Part shown: one piece after another, positions 18,048-28,194 of the stretch
Layout: each line of letters starts with the position of its first letter
Numbering within the stretch: position 1 is the stretch's first letter
DNA from: Chrysochromulina tobinii
Lineage: Eukaryota
DNA: 45,360 nt
Assembly (NCBI GenBank): GCA_001275005.1
Contig: JWZX01002518.1
Coordinates: forward strand, 1-45,360
Reading direction: 5' to 3'
Position numbers and translations under genes: made by a program
The notes under the pieces: model-generated
What the model was told of the DNA's origin: nothing
Seen by the model: only the letters and a program-made list of their open reading frames with translations
The model's database searches: none

Positions 18048-21000
18048 CTAGTTGAGACTACGACTAAGGTTGCTTAGTGGAGTACGTGTACAAGCTGTTC
18101 GAGCTACGGGTGCAGCTACATCTACTGCAGCTGCCGGCCGCGGCGAGGACGGTGGCGGCTTCCATGTCGGCCTGCCGGCTACGACCAGTTCCTGCTGCCG
18201 GTGGTCCGTGTCCTTACAGTCGAATCCCGAGAGCGCTTCGTCCAGAAGCCACTGGATGCCCTTGCACACAGTTGACAGGTCGCACGACGGGTCGACCATG
18301 GCTATCGCGGTCTCTTGCTCAGCAGCCTCCTCCTCCAACACGACGGCGGCAACGGTCGAGTATTTCTTGACGCGTGCGGGTACAGCGGGCGTGCAAAGCT
18401 TGGGGGGCGGAGGTGCGCGAGCGTTCGCAGCTCGCCCAGCGCTGGCCGCGAAGCTTCGCACGTAGGCACCGCAGCCCAGCACAGGCACCAGAGGTGCCCT
18501 GCGCTGGGGTGGCAGCCGTCGGATGCCACGAAACTTGAGGCCGAGGTGGGGCTGCGTGGAGGCCTTGGCCGTCTCCGCCGCCACACCATCTTCCTCCTGC
18601 TCCCCTCTCTCGAGTGTAAGTGTCTTCGTCCTCTCCGCCTCCACGCTCTCCACTTCCGCCCGCAGATTCGCTTCTGCTTTTCGTTCTATATCGGCGCTCT
18701 CCGCGGCTGCTCGCGCCGCCACCTCCGCCTCCGCCTCGGCCGTCGTCGTCTCCGCCTCCGCCTCCGACGTCGTCTCCGCCTCAGACGTAGCCGCCGCCGG
18801 TGCCGCCGGTGCCGCCGGTGCCGCCGGTGCCGCCGGTGCCGCCGGTGCCGCTGGTGCCGCTGGTGCCGCTATTGCCGCCGGTGCCGCTTCCACCTCATCG
18901 GATCTCGAGGCTGGCATGCCATGCCGCCAGTGCCACGCAAGTTGTATCAGCAGCGCCGCGTCGTCTTCGTGCTGCCAGCGCACCATGCGCTGCTCGAGAG
19001 CGCGCAGGCTCTTCTCATGCTTGCGCGCGATAACTTCTTCCCGCTTCGCCTCCTCGACGAGAAGGCGCTTCCGGACCCCGGCCGCGCGCATCCACATGCG
19101 TCGGTCAGCTCGCCAGCGAGCAAGTGACGCCTTATCCAGCTTGACGTGCGCCGAGCGCATCGTTGAATCCATCCAAGCCACTGCTTGCCTCGCTGTCGCC
19201 GACTTGAGATGACTGTTCTTATCTGCCCTCGGGTTGACGAGCACCACGGAACGGATGTGCTCCTCGCTCAGTGCCTCCCGCTCAGGGATGCGCGACGGCG
19301 CCTCGCAGCACGCACGCTGGGCCAAAAGGATCGACACCATCGTCGAATCCTTGCTCTGGTTGAGCTGCGATTCCTTGCGCTCGAGTGCGGGTCGAAGGGC
19401 ATTTGCAGTCGCCTCCTCGACCAGGTCGCGGACGCCCGGTGTCTGCACCCACATGCGACGGTGGAAAGCAAGGCTGGAGACGCAGTCGATTGCTGACGGC
19501 GGGCGTTGTGGTCTCGTCAGCAACGTGCTGCCTGTTGCCTGCTGGGCGGGGCGCGGGAAGGCCGGCACCGTTGCCAGAGCCTCTTCGGTCGGCGCGGACC
19601 TATCTGTCCTCGCCGAGTACGGCACCGCAGCCGGAGCCGCTTCGCTTGGCGCGGACCGATCTGACCTGGCTGAGTTTGGCCAAGACGGCCGGACCGGTCG
19701 CGTTGGCAGCCGTTGAGCCTGGGAAGGATACTGGGCAGAGGACGGCCTGACCGGTCGCGGTGGCGAAAGAGTCGCTGACGCGCACTTGGCGGAGGACGGC
19801 CGGGATAGTCGCGTCGGCTGCCAAGCATCGGCGGCCACGGGGCCTGTAGCGGACTGACACAGGACGGGAGCCGGACGGACCGGTCGCGTCGGCTGCGAAC
19901 CATCGGCTTTCATGGGGCCTGCGGCACCCGTGTGCGCTGGACGAGCCGCACGCGCGCTTGGCGGGGTCGTCGGCCGCTCTTCATCAGGAGCATCAAAGGC
20001 GCCCGCATGCAGCTGCGGCTGTCGAGCGCGCCGCGCGGACGCAGCACGCTCTTGCGCGGCGAAGGCACAGCGGTGCGCGCATTCTGCAATGGCCTGCTGC
20101 CTATTGGCCATCTCCGCGTCCGTCTCGAGGATGCGGGGGCGCCGCGTACGTGGCTGTGGAGGTGCGCGCCACTGCTCCCTCTGAAAGGCGGCCTCGCGCT
20201 GCAGCAGCCTCGTGCGCTGTGGGGCGAAGCGCAGGGCGAAGCTAAGGTTGCGCACTGTCGAGTCCGTCTGCGCGGTTCGTGCTAACGCCGACTCCGCCCA
20301 AAGCATCTGGTCGCGATTCCACTTGCGCTCGCGCACGAAGCGCTGAATCGTGGTAGCAGCCATAGCTTGCTGAGTCGTCACGGAGATCCGAATGGCACGA
20401 TTGCTCCTCATGTGGGTCATGACATTCGAGAGCATTTTCTGCATTTGCGTCTGCCTTCGCTTGGCAGCTTGATGGGCAGCTTCCTTGGCGATCCGCGCAG
20501 CCTCCGCGGCGTGTCGATCCTGAGCATGCTGATGCCGATGGCGTACGGCGCGCTTCAAGCTTGCCCGCCACACCTCTGCTGCCTCGCCCGTCAGGGCAGA
20601 AAACGCCAACTCGAGCATCTCCCTGTAGCGCCTCAACAGCCTGAGACGGTTGCTCTGCCCAAAGGATAGTTCCAGTGGCGGCAGCAGCTTTCGAATGGCA
20701 CGATCGGTGACACAGAAGTGCATCTCGATGCGCTCCATGTCGCGCCTAATCTCGTTTGCCGCCCGATGCGAGTCGGCAATACCCAAGATCCACATCTCCG
20801 ATCGTAGCAGCGCCGTGCAAATCGCTGCATCACAGTGTGCGAGCTGCGGGCTGTGCCGCAGCTTCTCATAATCATCATCGACGACCTCGAGTCCGGCGCG
20901 GACGCCGACGATCCCATCCGCCTTGAAAGTTCCACGTCCACCTGGCTTCTTAGACGGAGAACCTGGCCTTTTAGACGGAGAACCAGATGACCAGCGCAGT

Positions 21001-21176
21001 CGCACCTTGACAAGAGCTGGCGCTTCCATCGCCGCGAGGTGCCCATTGAGGGTGGCCTCGGACCTTAGTAGGAGCGATCGGCTGATGCAGCCGCGGATGC
21101 ACGCCTGCAGCCTGCAGATCAGCCGGATGGCCTCCGGTGACGAGCTTCGGCTCAACACCTTCGGTTGCCCCGGCAT
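18048..21176 (-). CDS. Large low-complexity protein with three IQ-like calmodulin-binding motifs
   Basis: Long open frame, first ATG at 21176. IQ-like LQACIRGCISR, TIQRFVRERK and LIQLAWHWR; RPVRP-type and (APA)n repeats. Confidence 0.6.
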   Translation of the reverse strand: MPGQPKVLSRSSSPEAIRLICRLQACIRGCISRSLLLRSEATLNGHLAAMEAPALVKVRLRWSSGSPSKRPGSPSKKPGGRGTFKADGIVGVRAGLEVVDDDYEKLRHSPQLAHCDAAICTALLRSEMWILGIADSHRAANEIRRDMERIEMHFCVTDRAIRKLLPPLELSFGQSNRLRLLRRYREMLELAFSALTGEAAEVWRASLKRAVRHRHQHAQDRHAAEAARIAKEAAHQAAKRRQTQMQKMLSNVMTHMRSNRAIRISVTTQQAMAATTIQRFVRERKWNRDQMLWAESALARTAQTDSTVRNLSFALRFAPQRTRLLQREAAFQREQWRAPPQPRTRRPRILETDAEMANRQQAIAECAHRCAFAAQERAASARRARQPQLHAGAFDAPDEERPTTPPSARAARPAHTGAAGPMKADGSQPTRPVRPAPVLCQSATGPVAADAWQPTRLSRPSSAKCASATLSPPRPVRPSSAQYPSQAQRLPTRPVRPSWPNSARSDRSAPSEAAPAAVPYSARTDRSAPTEEALATVPAFPRPAQQATGSTLLTRPQRPPSAIDCVSSLAFHRRMWVQTPGVRDLVEEATANALRPALERKESQLNQSKDSTMVSILLAQRACCEAPSRIPEREALSEEHIRSVVLVNPRADKNSHLKSATARQAVAWMDSTMRSAHVKLDKASLARWRADRRMWMRAAGVRKRLLVEEAKREEVIARKHEKSLRALEQRMVRWQHEDDAALLIQLAWHWRHGMPASRSDEVEAAPAAIAAPAAPAAPAAPAAPAAPAAPAAPAAATSEAETTSEAEAETTTAEAEAEVAARAAAESADIERKAEANLRAEVESVEAERTKTLTLERGEQEEDGVAAETAKASTQPHLGLKFRGIRRLPPQRRAPLVPVLGCGAYVRSFAASAGRAANARAPPPPKLCTPAVPARVKKYSTVAAVVLEEEAAEQETAIAMVDPSCDLSTVCKGIQWLLDEALSGFDCKDTDHRQQELVVAGRPTWKPPPSSPRPAAAVDVAAPVARTACTRTPLSNLSRSLN
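18793..18888 (-). repeat. 9-bp coding tandem repeat encoding (APA)n
   Basis: GCCGCYGGT units read on the + strand. Confidence 0.85.
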
Positions 21177-21482
21177 GGCCCGCCTCGTCCGTCGGCCTGG
21201 CCCGATGATGCCTGTTGAACGCGCTGACGCTGCGCGCGTTTCGCGTAGCAGGCATACGAAATCGAGCACGAATGGCGCACGTCGAGGCGCACGGGGGATT
21301 GTCCGAGCGACGAGGAGCGCTTCGTTACGTCGATTATGATCGATTTTATCCGAGTTTGGTTGTCGAAATCGAAATCCGCAACGAATTCTCGATCTTGCAA
21401 ATCCTCGTCGAAGTCGAAGTCTTCTCTGCTCTTCGAGAAGACTGTCCTCTCCAAGGCTAGGGGCCCGTCCGAGGAGACCATC

Positions 21483-22265
21483 ATGCTGGCGTGCGTGCTG
21501 AGCTTAGCTCTGCTGGCATTCCACATGCCCTCCATTCGGGTCACGGAGCCCGCCTCCTCTTCGCGGATAAGCGGCGTCTCTGCATCCGCGCTCACCGAAA
21601 CACCAGTGCTGCAGCATCAACCACCCTCTTCGCCTCCACCCGTGGCGAACGGTGGTGGAGGAGGCGGCGACGACGACTCGAGCGCCGAATTCCTGCGGTT
21701 GCTCAGCCCGGTGGAGCAGTGCCAGGTGCTCAGCGAATGGCTGCAGCGATCGCGCATCTACAAGCTCACCGACAATGCTGAGCTCGCAGCCCAGCACCAA
21801 ACTGCGATTGCGGATCTTGAGGCGCTGCAACGCTTCGTACGCTGCCGATCGGCGCGTCGTCGAACGCGGGCCGTTGTGCGCTTGGCCCGTATCCTCTGCC
21901 ACCTCACCCGCTCCCTGCTGCATGGCCCCCTCGCCTCTGCGCAGGACACGACGGACAGCGGCCCAAATGGCCGACGGATGCTGCTCGGCCTCTTCGACAG
22001 GGAGCAACTCTGGGCGCTGGCGGCGGCGGAGGTGAGCCGCACAAATGGGCTGGTCGTGTCCAGCCTGTGCGTCTACCCGGCCGAGGTCAACGACGCGAGC
22101 TCGACTGCCTCACTGCGCCTGGTCCATGCCCTGCACCTGCTCGCCGATGCCATCGAGACGCCAATCAACCTCAAGGACAGCTGCCGCTTCGACAGCGAGC
22201 TGGCGGAGCTGCTGCCCGAGTGGAAAAGCAGCAGGGGCGGCGAACTGGGGGGCTTCGACGAGTGA
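21483..22265 (+). CDS. Hypothetical secreted or plastid-targeted protein with probable in-frame intron 21837..21944
   Basis: MLACVLSLALLA-F signal followed by a Ser-rich transit-like peptide. GTACGC...GCGCAG 108-nt segment looks intronic. Confidence 0.55.
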   Translation: MLACVLSLALLAFHMPSIRVTEPASSSRISGVSASALTETPVLQHQPPSSPPPVANGGGGGGDDDSSAEFLRLLSPVEQCQVLSEWLQRSRIYKLTDNAELAAQHQTAIADLEALQRFVRCRSARRRTRAVVRLARILCHLTRSLLHGPLASAQDTTDSGPNGRRMLLGLFDREQLWALAAAEVSRTNGLVVSSLCVYPAEVNDASSTASLRLVHALHLLADAIETPINLKDSCRFDSELAELLPEWKSSRGGELGGFDE

Positions 22266-22712
22266 GCCGCGCACGGAGCGGCTGAGCGCGATGTACGGTT
22301 GTGACGGCACCCGCACAAGCGCGTCCCTGAAGGTGAGACTGAGAGCGACCTCGGGAGTGGAGGCGATGTAAGCTGTGTAACGCATCAGATAGCCCATTTA
22401 CGCAAATGGACCCAGTTGGCATGGGTATTTGTTGGTATCGTTTCGTTTTATGATTGATGGTTGTTTTAGAGAACGCCAAGGTGTTTTAAGGACGAGCGTC
22501 TAAGGTGTGAGCGGAGTTCTGTGTATTCGAGCTCGTTCCATGGCGAGCTACGTAAACGTATAAGTCGACCGTGCGGGAGGGTCACCGCCGGCGCCGCCCC
22601 GCTATTCGTCTCGTGTGGCACGTAGTACGGCCGACTGGCGCCCTCAGATGCGGGGGCGCTCAATGGAGCTTGAGCGCGGCCCCTCGCCATCCATATGCAG
22701 TAGGGGCACCTC

Positions 22713-25331
22713 TTATGGGAAGCGAAGGGCAACTAGTCGTGAGCGCATGCGGACGAGCTTCCGAGCGAGCCAGCTGCGTCGCATCCACTTGCCCAGGCAC
22801 GCCTGCCGGCGCTGGCAGGGTGTGGCAGGCTCGCGTGTGGAAGAAGTCAAGAGCTCGACCTGCGAGCTCAAGCAGGTCAGACGATCGGAGAGCTCGAGGA
22901 CCTGCAGTCGAAGCCGCAAGTTCTCTTGCGCCACCTCCTCGTCCACGCTGTCGGCGCTCGCATGGCCCAGAGAGAGCCCCCCCAGCGACAGCCCCCCGAG
23001 CGACATCGCACCAAGGGACATCTTGCGGGCAGTGCGGCTGCGCGGCGTTGGGCGAGGGGCTGTGTTGGGGGCCGTGTTGGGGGCCGTGTTGGGCGAGCGT
23101 AGCGATGGCCATCCAAAGAGTCTCCGGGGGGATGTGCCGTTGGGGGAGGTGCGATTCGAGAGCCAACCGGCCGGAGGAACGCTCGCACACAGCCGCTCGG
23201 GCGAGGGCGACGAATCCTTAAGTGACGAATCCTTGGGTGACGAATCCTTGGGTGACGAATCCTTGGGTGACGAATCCTTGGGCGACGAATCCTTGGGCGA
23301 CGAATCCTTGGGCGGCGGCGGCGGCGGCGGCGATGGCAGCTGCGAGGTTGCATAGATGCCCGCGAAGCCATCTGTGAATGCCGACATCATGTGAATGCCC
23401 GCGAAGCCATCTGGCGGAGGCGGAGGAGGCTCCTCGGCAGAGGAGACATCGTCGTCCCTTTCCGCGCTCACAGTGGTTCCGAGAGTTTCAACGACGTCGG
23501 CGTTTACGTTCGCAGGGCGGTCGGCATTCACAGGGTCGTCGGCATTCACAGGGTAGTCGGCATTCACAGGGTAGTCGGCATTCACAGGGTCGTCGCCATC
23601 TTCGGCCGCCGCCTCAGCATCCTCGTCGGCATTGCTGTGCCGCCTGTGCATCGCAGCCGACGGCAGCGAGCGAGCTCGACGGCTCCCTTGATGAGGGATG
23701 TCATGAGACAGAGCTCGACGGCTCCCTTGATGAGGGATGTCATCAGACAGAGCTCGACGGCTCCCTTGATGAGGGATGTCATGAGACAGAGCTCGACGGC
23801 TCCCTTGATGAGGGATGTCATCAGACAGAGCTCGACGGCTCCCTTGATGAGGGATGTCATCAGACAGAGCTCGATGGCTCCCTCCCGAGCGCGTGAGCAA
23901 CGGGTTCGTTGGCCCTTCGTCTGCCCGGGACGTCGCCTCCATCGGGCCTTCGTCTGCCCGGGACGTCGCCTCCATCGGGCCTTCGTCTGCCGCCTGCTCG
24001 CCGCCTCCCTCCCAGCAGCCATGAGCGCCGCCCCGGGCGCCGCCTCCGCTGCCCACCAAGCCGCCTTCGCTCGAGAGCAAGCGCGTCCTCCCCGTATGCG
24101 ATTGCGAATGCCATCCCACCGATCGGCCAGTACGGCGCCTCACACGCCCACTCATCGACGGCGCGATCGCGCTCGAGGCGGCGCGTGCCGCCACGTGCAA
24201 GCTCGCGATAATCTGACGGGTGCCCGGCGAGGGCGGTTGCGAGCGTGCTGTCGCCTCCAAGGCTAGGCGCATACGTGAGGGGCTTGGAGCCTTGTCAATG
24301 CAGACGTTGTCGGCGGCGGCGGCAGCGGCGGCGAGGGCCGCGGCAGTCCCGGGCTGCAGCGCGCTTGTGTGCTCACGTGCTGGCGACTGCGGAGCCTTGA
24401 TTGCACCTTGATTGCACCTTGATTGCTCTTGATTGCACATTGATTGCTCACGTGCTGGCGACTGCGGAGCCGTTGACATCTCGCCTGGCTCCAACGCGAG
24501 CGTCGCTGCCGAGCTAGGCGCCGCCTCATCCTCTGCCGGCGACCATGCCGCCTCCGCCGTCCCCTCCCTGATGGTCTTGACGATCTCAGCCGTCTCCTCC
24601 TCGGCAAATACGAAGAGTGTGGGCGCGGCGACGGCGCGTTGTACTGGGCGCCGCTTGGGTGTCCCCTTCGAGCTCGATGGCGTCTTCGTCCTCGCATCGT
24701 TCGGCGTGGGCGGTGGCGTTCGCGGCGGCGCGGCGCATAGCGGCGAGGGTGGCGGCTGTGAAGGGCGATGCGGTGTGGGCGGCGCCTCGCCCCCCTCGTT
24801 CAAAGAGCGCGGCCCCAAACCCTTGCGTCTCGCCACATAGGTGCGTAGCGACGCCGGCGGTGCGGCCGGATTCTCTGCGTTGACGTCCATCTCGGCCGTC
24901 TTGCTCTTCAAGAGCCACTTCGAAAGCGTGTTGGGCGTTTGGCCTGGCGTGGTGCAGGGTGTGGTGCAGATTCGACTGCTGCCTGGCATGGAGGTTGGCG
25001 TGCTGCCCTTGGACGACGCGGCATCGCGCATCGAGCTCTCGAGCCAGGCGAACTGTTGCTCCCAGGTCGGAGAGACCACGTCTTTCCTGGGCCGCTGTGA
25101 TGTGCAAGACAGCTGCAGCTGTGGCGTGCAAGACGGGTCTTCGAGAAATCTCGCCCTCAAGGCGAGCGCAGCGGGCCGGCAGTCGAAGGGCGTGAGACAC
25201 TCAAGGGACGGATACAGCGAGCGCGATGACTGCTCATATGGCGATGATGGGCGCCGTGCGTAAACACTCGGCAGGTCGCGCCACGAGCGCGACGACGGAG
25301 CGACCGGCGACGCTGCGTCGGCGCCGGCCAT
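22713..25331 (-). CDS. Intrinsically disordered SP/TP-rich protein with several tandem repeats and a short C-terminal coiled coil; probably contains unrecognised introns
   Basis: 872-aa ORF, head-to-head with TOP1. Contains SPKDS, VNADYP, ADEGPMEATSR and SxDIPHQGSRRAL repeats. Confidence 0.5.
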   Translation of the reverse strand: MAGADAASPVAPSSRSWRDLPSVYARRPSSPYEQSSRSLYPSLECLTPFDCRPAALALRARFLEDPSCTPQLQLSCTSQRPRKDVVSPTWEQQFAWLESSMRDAASSKGSTPTSMPGSSRICTTPCTTPGQTPNTLSKWLLKSKTAEMDVNAENPAAPPASLRTYVARRKGLGPRSLNEGGEAPPTPHRPSQPPPSPLCAAPPRTPPPTPNDARTKTPSSSKGTPKRRPVQRAVAAPTLFVFAEEETAEIVKTIREGTAEAAWSPAEDEAAPSSAATLALEPGEMSTAPQSPAREQSMCNQEQSRCNQGAIKAPQSPAREHTSALQPGTAAALAAAAAAADNVCIDKAPSPSRMRLALEATARSQPPSPGTRQIIASLHVAARAASSAIAPSMSGRVRRRTGRSVGWHSQSHTGRTRLLSSEGGLVGSGGGARGGAHGCWEGGGEQAADEGPMEATSRADEGPMEATSRADEGPTNPLLTRSGGSHRALSDDIPHQGSRRALSDDIPHQGSRRALSHDIPHQGSRRALSDDIPHQGSRRALSHDIPHQGSRRARSLPSAAMHRRHSNADEDAEAAAEDGDDPVNADYPVNADYPVNADDPVNADRPANVNADVVETLGTTVSAERDDDVSSAEEPPPPPPDGFAGIHMMSAFTDGFAGIYATSQLPSPPPPPPPKDSSPKDSSPKDSSPKDSSPKDSSPKDSSLKDSSPSPERLCASVPPAGWLSNRTSPNGTSPRRLFGWPSLRSPNTAPNTAPNTAPRPTPRSRTARKMSLGAMSLGGLSLGGLSLGHASADSVDEEVAQENLRLRLQVLELSDRLTCLSSQVELLTSSTREPATPCQRRQACLGKWMRRSWLARKLVRMRSRLVALRFP
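23206..23310 (-). repeat. 15-bp tandem repeat, 7 copies (PKDSS)
   Basis: GGYGACGAATCCTTG units on the + strand. Confidence 0.9.
23672..23882 (-). repeat. 39-bp tandem repeat, 5 full copies plus a 16-bp partial
   Basis: GAGCTCGACGGCTCCCTTGATGAGGGATGTCATSAGACA starting at 23672, 23711, 23750, 23789 and 23828; partial copy at 23867. Confidence 0.95.
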
Positions 25332-25511
25332 TCAAAAACAAGCACGAAAATCGGGAACTAAAAAACTTCTAGCGAATGCATAGGGCGTCAGCTACGGCCA
25401 CACCACACGATGCGCCACACTGGACGTGAAAATGAAATCGAACGAATTGCCTTCTTCATCAGTGGCCTAGGCCTCGCCACTGACTGCGCCCCGACGTGCT
25501 GCGTCAAGACG

Positions 25512-26308
25512 ATGGCGGACGACGATGACAGCGATGACGACAAGCCGCTCGCACAGATACTAGCGCCGAAGCAGCCTGCACCGGACAGCCAGAAGAGCAG
25601 CAGCAGCGCCGCGCCAGCTTCCAAGGCGGCGCCTCCTCCGGTGAGGCCACCACCCGCCAAGCCAGCTGCGGCGAGCGCCGTCAAGGAGGCACCGCTCAGC
25701 AGCAAGCGCAAGGCGGAGGAGCCGCCCGAATCCGCGAAGAAGCCCAAGGCCACCGACCCCACAGCCAAGCCAGCGGCCGCCGCGGCTGCCTCCTCCAGCA
25801 GCAGCGCTCCGGCGCCCAAGCCAGCAGCCAAGCTGCCGGCAGCGGCACCCGCGAAGCCGCCCGCGGCGGCCGCGGCGAGCAAACCCAAGCGCGTCGTGCA
25901 GGACGACAGCAGCGATGACGAGCCGATCAAAGCACCGCCAAAGGCGGCGAAGACTGAGGCACCCGCACCCGCGCCGGCCAAGGCGCCCGCGCCGGCGCCG
26001 GTCAAGGCGCCCGCGCCGGCGAAGCCGCCGCCGGAGCCCGCGCCCAAGCCTGCGCCTAAGCCTGCGCCCAAGCCTGCGCCCAAGCCTGAGTCTAAGCCAA
26101 GCAGCAGCAGGAAAAAGGTCGAGTCTGAGTCTGAGGACGGCGACGAGGACGAGGACGAGGACGAGGATGAGGATGAGGACGAGGACGAGGACGAGGACGA
26201 GAGCGAGGATGACTATGGCGAGTCGAAGAAGAAGAAGGCAGCGGCGCCGAAGAAGGCTGCACCCAAGCGCTCGCCCAAGCCCAAACCCAAGAAGAAGGCT
26301 AAGGATGA

Positions 26309-26357
<49 letters not shown>

Positions 26358-28194
26358 GGCGGCGGGATGCCAAGCAGTCAAGGTGGCGGCAAGTGGTACG
26401 AGAAGAACCCCGATGAGGTCGAGTGGACCCGCGGCGGCCAAAAGTGGCAGACACTCGAGTGGGCGGGCGTGGTCTTCCCGCCGTTGTACGAGCCACACGG
26501 CGTCGAGTTCAGGTACAAGGGCAAGAAGGTGCCCCTCTCGCCTGATCAGGAGGAGGTGGCGACGATGTATGCGGCGATGCTCTCGACCGAATACGTGACG
26601 AATGCCGAGAAGGGCGCGGTGTTCAACAAGAACTTCATGGAGTCGTGGCGGCCTTTGCTCAAGAAGACAGAGGAGGGGAAGGAAGTCAAGGAACTCGCGC
26701 TGTGCGACTTTTCGAAGATTAAGGAGCACCTCGACGAGATTGCGGCCAAGAAGAAGGAGCTGACCGCTGCCGAGAAGAAGGCCGCCAAGATCGAGAAGGA
26801 CAAGTTCGAGGAGCCGTACCTGTACGCGCTCGTCGACGGGCGCAAGGAGAAGGTGGGCAACTTCCGCGTGGAGCCGCCGGGCCTCTTCCGCGGACGTGGC
26901 GCCCACCCGAAGATGGGCAAGCTCAAGGCGCGCATCTTCCCTGAGGACGTGAGCCTCAATATGAGCAAAAAAGCCAAGGTGCGAAGCGCGCCGCCCGCCG
27001 CTGCCGAGTGTCTCACCTCGCCACGCTGAACGCCTGTGCTCTCCTCCTTCCCACCACCCACCCCACTCATTCCCACGCCCTCCTTCCTCGGTGCCGTCAC
27101 GCTCGTCGCAGGTGCCGCCGGTGCCCGATTTGGGAGACGGCAAGGTGCACAAATGGGGCGAGGTGGTGCACAAGAACACGGTCACCTGGCTCGCCAAGTG
27201 GAAGGACTCGATCAACGGCGAGGATAAGTGCGTCTGGCTCGCGGCCAACTCGTCGTGGAAGGGCATGTCGGACATGGCCAAGTACGAAAAGGCGCGGCTG
27301 CTCAAGCAGCACATCGGCAAGGTGCGCAAAGACTATGCGGAGGGGATGAAGCACGGCGATCTGACGGCGCAGCAGAAGAGCGTCGCCGTGTACCTGATCG
27401 ACCGGCTCGCGCTGCGTGTGGGCAATGAGAAGAACACGGACGAGGAGGCGGACACGGTAGGCTGCTGCTCGCTGCGGGTCGAGCATGTCAAGGACGACGC
27501 GGGCGAGAACATGCTCCATCTCAACTTCCTGGGTAAGGACTCGATTGTCTACGACAACACCAACCCAATCGAGCCAATCGTGTACCAGATGATCAAAAAG
27601 TTCATGAAGGGCAAGAAGCCGACCGAGGAGCTCTTCGACAAGGTTGAGCCCGACGACCTGAACGACTATTTCAAGAGTGTGATGGAAGGCCTCTCCGCCA
27701 AAGTGTTCCGCACGTATAACGCGTCGATCACGCTCTGCTCGGAGCTCGCCAAGACGGACGTGGAGGTGACGGCCGAGAAGCGCGAGAAGGAGGGCGACGT
27801 GAACGCCCTCTGCTCGTGGTACAACACCGCCAACAAGAACGTGGCCATCCTTTGCAACCACCAGAAGGCCGCGTCCGCCTCACACGGAACCACCATGGCC
27901 AAGATTGACGAGAAGATTGAGAAGGTGACGGAGGAGCTTAAGGAGGCAAAGAAGGCGAAGAGCTCAAAGGTGGACGCGCTTCAGAAGCGCCTCGTCAAGC
28001 TGCAGGCCGAGCGACAGACGAAGGATGACCTCAAGAACGTCTCCCTCGGCACCTCCAAGATCAACTACAACGACCCGCGCATCACCATCGCCTGGTGCAA
28101 GCGATTCGACGTGCCCATCCAGAAGCAGTTCCCGAAGACTCTCCTAGCCAAGTTTGCGTGGGCGATGGAGACGCCCCCCGACTTCAAGTTCTGA
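25512..28194 (+). CDS. TOP1: DNA topoisomerase IB. Exons 25512..26978 and 27112..28194.
   Basis: KWQTLE, GNFRVEPPGLFRGRGAHPKMG, ALRVGNEK, DTVGCCSLR, FLGKDSI, AKVFRTYNAS, LCNH and catalytic GTSKINY motifs. Phase-0 GT-AG intron 26979..27111. Confidence 0.97.

Noticed and set aside
23672..23882. 39-bp repeat array as a CRISPR array
   Set aside because: Units are contiguous with no unique spacers, there are no cas genes, and the context is eukaryotic.
26122..26357. (GAGGAY)n and (GAC)n microsatellites as separate elements
   Set aside because: They encode the acidic low-complexity N-terminus of TOP1.
25560..27329. 589-aa antisense ORF over TOP1 (likewise 38307..40235, 14285..15277, 763..1788)
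   Set aside because: Shadow ORFs expected from high GC and codon bias opposite well-supported genes; no independent motifs.
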